A program made the translations under genes and the position numbers. Positions 26,905 to 33,487 of a DNA stretch of 33,487 bases are shown one piece after another. The DNA lies in contig JAZDIV010000060.1 of assembly GCA_043804695.1 (NCBI GenBank), positions 1-33,487 on the forward strand, read 5' to 3'. The DNA is from PVC group bacterium. Lineage in GTDB: Bacteria > Auribacterota > Erginobacteria > Erginobacterales > Erginobacteraceae. Below the pieces are notes generated by a model. It searched no databases. It was not told the origin of the DNA and saw nothing but the letters and a program-made list of their open reading frames with translations. Each line of letters begins with the position of its first letter. The first letter of the stretch is position 1.

Positions 26905-28515
26905 TTAACCCGGATTATCCATGGGCTTTTTTGGTTTTGCAGGGATAACCCCGGTTACCGGTCCCCGGTAGGTAAAGATAGTAACCGGATAAATATCTCC
27001 GGGGGGTTTCATTTTTTTCATAACGCCCTTCAGGATTTCCGGCCCCTCGACCCGGTCCCAACGGTAATTTTCTCTTAGGGCCTTAAAGTCGGCCTGATCT
27101 CTCCGGTATTCTATATACACCGGCCGGTAGCCCTTTTTGGAAATGAGAGAGAGCAGGGAGTCCCATTGCTTTTTTCCCATTCCCGATAGTGAGGAGAAGA
27201 CCATCCGTTCCGGAAAGGCCATCTTGTCCCAGTAATTGGATAAAATCACTGAACGGTCATCCGTGTTATCTAAAATAAACTCCTTGACCCTTGAATAATA
27301 ATGCCCCAGGTAGAGTGAATCCATCAATCCCATGGGGGCAGTCAGGGCGATAATAATATTAAAAATGACCAGGATGGCGAGGCTCCTCTCAAATAGTCGC
27401 CCCAGTTTGCTCAGGAAAAACACTGCTCCTATCGGCCCAAAGACGATGGCCGGCAAACAGTATCGCAGAAAAGAAGATCGCAGGTTGATCTCCCCGCTTG
27501 AAAAACCGTACGTCTCGAAATTGGCGAAAAAAACAATCAGGACCGCAAAGGTTGTCCCTGACAGCAGGATCCATCTCCGCACCGGCTTCTCCTTCCAGGC
27601 CAGGCAATAACCGATTACCCCCAATATCAGGGGAGGAAACGCGATACTGAAGGTAATCGGGATTGAGAGAACGTGGAGAAGCCAGACCTGGGGATGCATC
27701 TGAACGATCCGGAAGAAGTTCTTTATACTCTCCCCCGTCCCTCCCGTTCCCGCCCGGGAAAACTGGACGGTATAACTGACGGCAAAAAAATTGCCGTAGA
27801 TGAAATGGTTATAAAAGAAATAGGCGCCCAGGAGGACAATGAACCCCGCTCCGGTCCAGAGCAGGCGATTTTTTATCAGGCGCTTACGGTCCCGCAGGAT
27901 AATGAAGCCCAGGGGAATCCATAACAGAACGCTGGTCTGGCGCACCCAGATTAATAAGGCCGCCGCAACGCCGAGGCCCGCATAATGATACCAGTTCCCT
28001 TTATTCAATACCCCGTCCAGGCAGAGGAGAGACAATATAAATACCGCCAGGTTGAGCATGGCCGGGGAGCAGGCGTTACTGCGAAGCAGGAAAAGCGGCA
28101 TGCTGGCCAGCAACAGAACGGCAGCCAGCCGATGACGCGCGTCCGGGAAGAAACAGGCGGTGAAACGATAAAAAAGATACAGAACCACCAAAGCCATGAT
28201 CGGGAAGAAACTACGGGACCACCTCCCCGGCAACAGCCGTTGGAAAAGACCGTAGACGATGATCAAACCCGGCGGCTTCCGGGATACAATCTCACCGGCG
28301 GCAGTGTAATGGAATTTGCGGGGGATAAAGCCCTGCTCGCCCATGATCTGATCCCCCGGCGACCGATAAAAAAAGCTCCCCGTCCGGGCAAAATGCTCTG
28401 AAAAAAATAAATAGGAGAGCTCGTCGGGGGAGATCAGGCTCACCGGGTGAAGAAAAAAGAAAAGGTACAATCCGGCCAGTACGACGATTGCCGGAATAAT
28501 GATCCAGCTCTTCAT
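26905..28515 (-). CDS. GT-C-type membrane glycosyltransferase (536 aa)
   Basis: SPDELSY, RKPPG, VRQTS, LRYCLP, FILDNTDDRSVI; multi-TM; 4-nt overlap with the upstream gene. Confidence 0.8.
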   Translation of the reverse strand: MKSWIIIPAIVVLAGLYLFFFLHPVSLISPDELSYLFFSEHFARTGSFFYRSPGDQIMGEQGFIPRKFHYTAAGEIVSRKPPGLIIVYGLFQRLLPGRWSRSFFPIMALVVLYLFYRFTACFFPDARHRLAAVLLLASMPLFLLRSNACSPAMLNLAVFILSLLCLDGVLNKGNWYHYAGLGVAAALLIWVRQTSVLLWIPLGFIILRDRKRLIKNRLLWTGAGFIVLLGAYFFYNHFIYGNFFAVSYTVQFSRAGTGGTGESIKNFFRIVQMHPQVWLLHVLSIPITFSIAFPPLILGVIGYCLAWKEKPVRRWILLSGTTFAVLIVFFANFETYGFSSGEINLRSSFLRYCLPAIVFGPIGAVFFLSKLGRLFERSLAILVIFNIIIALTAPMGLMDSLYLGHYYSRVKEFILDNTDDRSVILSNYWDKMAFPERMVFSSLSGMGKKQWDSLLSLISKKGYRPVYIEYRRDQADFKALRENYRWDRVEGPEILKGVMKKMKPPGDIYPVTIFTYRGPVTGVIPAKPKKPMDNPG

Positions 28516-30920
28516 GAAGGCTTATCCGCCGGTTCGGGCTCAGGTCGCCTCACTCCCGCGGTTTCTCCGCTGTTCCCGCCGACAAGTTTTGCTGTCAGGC
28601 CGATGCAGATGAGTTCAGCCATGATACCCCAGACCCGGTTCAAGAGAGCAATGGCCGTGGCAATCCCGACATCAATCGATAGTAACGCGCCCAGGAGATA
28701 CACCATGACCACTTCCGTAATCCCCAGGCCGGCGGGGGCGATAAAGCTCAATGTTCCGACCACCCAGGCCAGCGAGACCAGACCGACCGTGTTGATTAAG
28801 GCGTGGGGAGGCAGATGCTGATGGTACACCGCCTGGATCAGCATGTAGGCAGCCATCCCCTTGATCCCCCAGAGAAAGGCCCAGTAAAGAACCAGGAGAA
28901 GAATTTGACTGTATTTCAAATCCGTTTTGATGGTTACTTTCTTAAATTTCGCGATAATCCAGGAAAGGACCGGATTAAAGACCCGGGGATGGAGACAGAT
29001 GAGCCCCACCGGAAGTAAAAAGAAGATATAGTACATCCGGCTGGGAACTTCTTTTTCCTGCCAGAAGGGCAGCGTTACCAAAACGGCGAGAAGACCGGAG
29101 ATTACCTGGATAATCAACTGGGTTCCTATGCTGGCAGCCGTGACTACTTTCGGAACCCCTTCTTTTTGAGCCAGCAGCATTCGGCTCATGATGGTCCAGA
29201 TTTTGCCGGGAACATATTTTCCCAGCTCGCTTAAAAAGAAAATCCGGAGCGTATTGGGATGCGGTACCTGCTGGCCCATAATTTTGAGAATCATGTTCCA
29301 GCCGGTGGCCACCAAAAGGGCGCAGGTTATTAACAGCAACAGCGAGCTCCCCAGGAACGCGAAGTTCGGATTCCATTGATAGGAAATAAGCTGGCTCCAA
29401 TTGCTGTACAGATTTCTGCCCAGGAAGAAAACCACAACCGCGATCACCAACAACTGGACGATCTTTCTCAGCCGCCCCTTGCTCGGCGGCCCCCCCTTAT
29501 CTTTCCTGATCAGAAACCAGATTAACCAGGGCAGATGGATTAAATTTCGCGGTTGAAAAAAGCGGCGCCAGGAGATTTCTCCGATATGGAGAAACTTCAG
29601 CTTGAGAAGATTACGCGGCTTGAGATAAAACTGCATGTGACCCCGGCGCTGTAACGCCTTCAATTCCTGCGGTTCGCGCCCGGACGGAGAATACACGGGA
29701 TTGTATTCGCTGTAGCCGGAGACCGAACTCATCTTGCCCCAATCCACGTCAGGATCCATTCCTTCTTTTACCGCAATATCCCACAATTCAGTTCCGGGAT
29801 AAGGGGTTGCGATGGAAAATCTCACCGTATCGACATTTATTTTATTAGCGTAATCAATGGTCTTCAGTGATTCTTCCAGCGTCTCTCCCGGAATTCCGAT
29901 CATCAATGTCGCTCTGGTCCGCAAACCGGCGGCGCGCGCCATCTCGATCGCTTTCTCGTTCTGTTCAACCGTTGTCCCCTTTCTCAGTATATCCAGAAGC
30001 CGCTGCGAGGCAGACTCGACCCCCATGTTAATCTGTACACAACCCGCCTCTTTTAACCGTTTAAACAGATCTTCATCAAGCAGATCGACACGGGAGTTGA
30101 TGACCCACTTAATCCGGTGGTAGCCTTTTTCTATCAGCAGATCGCAGATTCTGTATGTCCGTTCCTTATCAACAACAAAGGTATCGTCGGCAAACCACAT
30201 GTACCGGGGCATGCCAAATGTTTCTATATGCCGGTCTATATCCCGCAGCACCCGCTCCGCGCTCTGGGCGCGAAAACCGCGGCCCATGACCGTGTGCACG
30301 GAGCAAAAAATACAGTTAAACGGACATCCGCGACTGGTCAGGAGCTGAAGCCTGGCATCATACTTATCTATCTCGAAGAGATGATCCGGGAACAAGGGGA
30401 GAGAATCCAGGTCTCTGATCGGCGGATTGAGCGGATTATGTCTGTATTCGCCTCGTAACCGAAGCGATAGCCCCGGCAGATCGTCGAGTTCTCTTCCTTC
30501 ATCAATCCGGGAGAGCAGATTCAAGAAAGCCACTTCTCCTTCACCCCGGACGACAAGATCAATGTTACCGTCTTTCAAGAATGCATCCGGATAGATGGTC
30601 GGATGAATTCCTCCGACTATGATCTTGAGTCCCGGATCGATATCTTTCAAGAGGCCGGCAAAGTAGTGAGTGGATGAAACCGAGGTTGTCATACAGGTAA
30701 TGCCCACTGCCGAGGGTTGAAACGTCTCCAATTCCAAAGCCAGCCTTTTGCGGTCAAGGTGTACAATCTGACCGTCTAAAATCTTTACCTCGATGCCGTG
30801 AGATTCCAGATATGCCCCCAGCATCCCCAGGTTAAGGGGCTTGCCGATGCTCATGATCGAGCCGAGTTCGCCGAACTGCATCTTGCGGCTGAAATAGGGA
30901 TTAAGAAGAAGAACTCTCAT
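28512..30920 (-). CDS. Fusion: B12-binding radical SAM + LPG_synthase_TM (MprF/AglD flippase-like) membrane domain
   Basis: N-part: PLNLGMLGAYL, GGIHPT, RGEGE, SRGCPFNCIFC, GVES, PYPGT. C-part: SELGKYVPGKIW, APAGLGITE, ALLNRVW, multiple TMs. Confidence 0.88.
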   Translation of the reverse strand: MRVLLLNPYFSRKMQFGELGSIMSIGKPLNLGMLGAYLESHGIEVKILDGQIVHLDRKRLALELETFQPSAVGITCMTTSVSSTHYFAGLLKDIDPGLKIIVGGIHPTIYPDAFLKDGNIDLVVRGEGEVAFLNLLSRIDEGRELDDLPGLSLRLRGEYRHNPLNPPIRDLDSLPLFPDHLFEIDKYDARLQLLTSRGCPFNCIFCSVHTVMGRGFRAQSAERVLRDIDRHIETFGMPRYMWFADDTFVVDKERTYRICDLLIEKGYHRIKWVINSRVDLLDEDLFKRLKEAGCVQINMGVESASQRLLDILRKGTTVEQNEKAIEMARAAGLRTRATLMIGIPGETLEESLKTIDYANKINVDTVRFSIATPYPGTELWDIAVKEGMDPDVDWGKMSSVSGYSEYNPVYSPSGREPQELKALQRRGHMQFYLKPRNLLKLKFLHIGEISWRRFFQPRNLIHLPWLIWFLIRKDKGGPPSKGRLRKIVQLLVIAVVVFFLGRNLYSNWSQLISYQWNPNFAFLGSSLLLLITCALLVATGWNMILKIMGQQVPHPNTLRIFFLSELGKYVPGKIWTIMSRMLLAQKEGVPKVVTAASIGTQLIIQVISGLLAVLVTLPFWQEKEVPSRMYYIFFLLPVGLICLHPRVFNPVLSWIIAKFKKVTIKTDLKYSQILLLVLYWAFLWGIKGMAAYMLIQAVYHQHLPPHALINTVGLVSLAWVVGTLSFIAPAGLGITEVVMVYLLGALLSIDVGIATAIALLNRVWGIMAELICIGLTAKLVGGNSGETAGVRRPEPEPADKPS

Positions 30921-30921
30921 G

Positions 30922-30952
30922 TATTAATTAGCGCCTTCGGCGCTACTTAATA
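30922..30952 (-). promoter_or_regulatory. Start-proximal TAGCGCC-GAA-GGCGCTA hairpin
   Basis: 14-bp stem with one mismatch, ending 1 nt from the ATG. Confidence 0.65.
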
Positions 30953-30955
30953 GTG

Positions 30956-30980
30956 GACCCCGATTGATTCAATCGGGGTC
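30956..30980. repeat. GACCCCGATTGA-t-TCAATCGGGGTC palindrome
   Basis: Same CCCCGA...TCGGGG family as 2882-2898, 20816-20838 and 31121-31138. Confidence 0.8.
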
Positions 30981-31154
30981 TGTTAGTTAACTAAAAAATT
31001 TTCATCGAGGCAACATTATAAAATAGCCTTATAACCTCAGCCAACATGTGCCCCAAAGAATATAATTTATCTATCGGCTTCAGATATTCCATTCTTTTAT
31101 TCAAAATATCACTATCGGGATCCCGACGGATGTCGGGAAAATTCAGAAATAGAA

Positions 31155-31179
31155 AAATTAGCGGCTTCGCCGCTAATTT
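31155..31179. repeat. TTAGCGGC-TTC-GCCGCTAA hairpin
   Basis: Exact inverted copy of 20903-20927. Confidence 0.85.
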
Positions 31180-31243
31180 GATTCTACTTACATTTTCCTG
31201 AACAGATTCAATCAAAATAAAACAAGGATTTAGCCCGGCGAAA

Positions 31244-31278
31244 TACTGATTACCGATTACCGATTACCGATCACTGTT
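31244..31278. repeat. Heptamer tandem array (TACCGAT)x5, degenerate
   Basis: tactgat taccgat taccgat taccgat cactgtt, abutting the acyltransferase stop codon. Confidence 0.85.
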
Positions 31279-32019
31279 TTAAGGTTTTCTCTCCAGCCGG
31301 GAACGGACGTCACGGGCCGGAACGCCGACGGCCACCGCGTATTCCCGGATATCACGATGAACCACCGCCCCGGCTCCAATGACTGCGCCCTTCCCGATCG
31401 TGACCCCTCCCAGAATAACGGCATGGGTCCCTATCCAGACATCTTCGCCGATCACTATCCGGCTGGGAGAACGGTCCTGAAACCGCATCGGCCGTGTCGT
31501 ATCTTCAAAGGTATGGGTCCCGCTGATGATCTCCACCTGGTTGGCGATCAGTGTGTTGTCGCCGATCCGGATATCTCCGCAACCGTAGATAAACGATCCG
31601 GACCCGATATTGACCCTGTCTCCGATCGCCACGCAGCCCTTCTGGGTCCGGATGGTGACCAGCCGGGAGATATGACTATCGGCGCCGACCGTGATTGTCT
31701 CGGCCCCGGCGCCGATATCAAAAAAGCTCCCCTCTCCGATAAAGACCCGGTCTCCCACCAGGAGGCGCCCCGGATTGAAGAACCGGATATTCTTCTCGAA
31801 AAAACATTTCTTCCCCAATCCCCCCAGGAGCAACCGGTAAAACCATCCCCTCAACATACATCCCCCGACGGTGGGAAAGCAGGAAAAGATCGTCAGCAGC
31901 ATTCCCTGCCAGAAAAACCGAACCAGGGAACTGCTTCCGTAAAGCCGTTCCCGGTATTGCCGGAAACTCTCCTTGAAGCCGGCGGACGGTATCGTCCCCT
32001 CACCATCGTAACCAGTCAT
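31279..32019 (-). CDS. Hexapeptide-repeat sugar O-acyltransferase
   Basis: VGDRVFIG, IGDRVNIG, IGDNTLIA, IGEDVWIG, GVTIGKGAVIGAGAVV, VGVPAR. Confidence 0.92.
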   Translation of the reverse strand: MTGYDGEGTIPSAGFKESFRQYRERLYGSSSLVRFFWQGMLLTIFSCFPTVGGCMLRGWFYRLLLGGLGKKCFFEKNIRFFNPGRLLVGDRVFIGEGSFFDIGAGAETITVGADSHISRLVTIRTQKGCVAIGDRVNIGSGSFIYGCGDIRIGDNTLIANQVEIISGTHTFEDTTRPMRFQDRSPSRIVIGEDVWIGTHAVILGGVTIGKGAVIGAGAVVHRDIREYAVAVGVPARDVRSRLERKP

Positions 32020-32046
32020 ATAAGGTAGCTCACTTCGTTCGCAACC

Positions 32047-32163
32047 GGTTAGGGTTACGGTGACGAGGCCCGTTTCGTCTTCCGGTTACGGTTACGTGCG
32101 CCGGGTGTGGCCGCCGTCACCCTTACCTTCACCGATACGGGCTTCGTTACCCTTACCCTTACC
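32047..32163. repeat. Long imperfect hairpin built of hexamers (GGTTAC/GGTAAG) in the operon leader
   Basis: Outer 31-nt arms pair with 6 mismatches; inner ggttacggttacg / cgtcacccttacc arms. Confidence 0.8.
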
Positions 32164-32232
32164 ATTTATTAAAATTCCAAAACCGTTAATTCCCCTTACT
32201 ATCGCTTCCTCAGATTAAAAATATTGTGCGCC

Positions 32233-32261
32233 ATACTACCAGAGCCCCCCCGGCATCTCAA
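32233..32261 (-). promoter_or_regulatory. Putative sigma70 promoter of the glycosylation cluster
   Basis: TTGAGA (32261-32256), 17 nt, TAGTAT (32238-32233) with an extended -10 TG. Confidence 0.5.
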
Positions 32262-32417
32262 CAAAAACGATCATCCAGGTTAAATAACGATTAACAGCCC
32301 GGATTATCCATGAGGATTGAAGATATCAAGCATACTCCAGACAAATTCACCCTTTATCTTCGGAACGAACCCCGGCACTGTAAAATAAATAATGGAAAAA
32401 AAGATTGATTAAATAGG

Positions 32418-32445
32418 TTGCCACTTTATTATTGTGCGCTATATT
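32418..32445 (+). promoter_or_regulatory. Putative sigma70 promoter of the divergent secreted-protein gene
   Basis: TTGCCA, 16 nt, TATATT, with an A-rich upstream tract. Confidence 0.4.
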
Positions 32446-32497
32446 AAATCAATTAAAGCAAAAACCCTTCAACCAGGGAAATAAGGAGGAAAAGGGT

Positions 32498-33487
32498 ATG
32501 TGTAAGAGAACAGTGTTAATGGCGGGAGCGGTGATGATCACTACTTTCCTGCTCGTGTTATCGGTTCCCGAGCCGGCTCCGGGAGCGGTGGGGGATGTCG
32601 TCAACTCGTTCCCGGCCGTTGATTATAACTGGGGCGGCGGCGGCGTCACCTACCACGACGGGTATGTTTATACCCGCACCCGGACGAGCAATTACATATT
32701 TAAAAGGGACCCGGTGACCGGAGAAGTTGTGGATTCGATCTATATCAGCCAGTCATGGGCCGCGACCCTGACCTGGGACTCAACCCGCCAAACCTGGTGG
32801 GTCACCGACCCTTTCGACTACAGTCACGGCAGCGGCGATTGCTTCCAGTATCCCGCCGCAGGGGGTGATTATATCAGTTCTTTCGAGCCCGGCCTCTTCG
32901 AGACCGGGATATTTTACGACGCCGGGATCGACCGGCTCTGGATCGCGGGGCATATTAACGGGTACTTCGCCCCCTACACCACCGGCGGTGTGCTCGATGG
33001 TGATAGAATTTATCCGGGCTTCAATCCCGCCGGCATAGCGCGGGTCGGCGACTACTTCTGGGTCGGGAACCACACCGACGGTTCCTACGGCTGTTTTATC
33101 CGCAAGGTGAACATGGACGGTTCCTCGACCGGCATCCAGTTTATACTCCCCTGGGCCGGCTACGATGGCTACATTCAGGCCAATGACATAGCCTTTGACG
33201 GGCAGTATCTCTGGGCCCGGGGGCAGAACCCGAAAACCGAATCCTCGAAGATCTACCAGATCGATATCGGATTTACCACCCCGACCCCTTCCCCGACGCC
33301 GACGCCGGCCACGCTGATTCTCGACTCCGGGGACTATGACGGTGATTCCACCTCCGACATCGCCGTCTTCCGGAAAAGCTCCGGCCTCTGGGCGGTCAAG
33401 GGGGTGACCCGCGTTTACTTCGGAACCGGCAGTGACACCCCCGCCTCCGGCGATTTTGACGGCGATGGCCGCACCGATCTGGCCCTC
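32498..33487 (+). CDS. Secreted protein: signal peptide, beta-rich domain, Pro/Thr linker, FG-GAP/VCBS-like repeats (3' partial)
   Basis: My translation: MCKRTVLMAGAVMITTFLLVLSV...DIAFDGQYLW...TTPTPSPTPTPAT...GDYDGDSTSDIAVFR...GDFDGDGRTDLAL. AAGGAGG RBS at 32483-32489; open to the window end; absent from the ORF track. Confidence 0.9.
   Translation, partial: MCKRTVLMAGAVMITTFLLVLSVPEPAPGAVGDVVNSFPAVDYNWGGGGVTYHDGYVYTRTRTSNYIFKRDPVTGEVVDSIYISQSWAATLTWDSTRQTWWVTDPFDYSHGSGDCFQYPAAGGDYISSFEPGLFETGIFYDAGIDRLWIAGHINGYFAPYTTGGVLDGDRIYPGFNPAGIARVGDYFWVGNHTDGSYGCFIRKVNMDGSSTGIQFILPWAGYDGYIQANDIAFDGQYLWARGQNPKTESSKIYQIDIGFTTPTPSPTPTPATLILDSGDYDGDSTSDIAVFRKSSGLWAVKGVTRVYFGTGSDTPASGDFDGDGRTDLAL

Noticed and set aside
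141..32028. Numerous plus-strand and nested ORFs in the track (e.g. 1107-1754, 15840-16613, 18615-19550, 22543-23328, 31357-32028)
   Set aside because: Antisense or off-frame shadows of well-supported GC-rich genes, with no motifs.
62..32163. CRISPR array or integron attC cassette array
   Set aside because: No constant repeat with regular spacers, no consistent RYYYAAC/GTTRRRY boxes, and no cas or integrase gene; the palindromes belong to unrelated families.
32780..33073. 97-aa minus-strand ORF
   Set aside because: Antisense to the better supported plus-strand secreted protein, which has a strong RBS.

Overview
Bacterial chromosomal window, GC-rich in genes and AT-rich between them, read by eye only; family calls come from motif recall, not database searches. 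Nearly all genes are on the minus strand. About 6.8-32.0 kb is a ~25 kb cell-surface glycosylation/modification cluster. It holds six GT-C-type membrane glycosyltransferases (three are giant tandem paralogs), a polyprenol-phosphate GT2, a GT4, two B12-binding radical SAM enzymes (one fused to a flippase-like membrane domain), a TPR-interrupted SGNH protein and a hexapeptide acyltransferase. To its left are a small accessory block (AAA/DUF4143-like ATPase, orphan protein, truncated DEDDh exonuclease), a sugar nucleotidyltransferase, purH, a YvoF-like acyltransferase and the start of a P-loop NTPase. A divergent secreted protein with a Pro/Thr linker and FG-GAP-like repeats runs off the right edge. 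The most unusual signal is non-coding. Most larger intergenic gaps hold palindromic or short-period inverted-repeat elements of several families, often nested. Many start codons are directly preceded by a small hairpin capped by a GNA triloop. No transposase, integrase, CRISPR, rRNA or tRNA was recognised.
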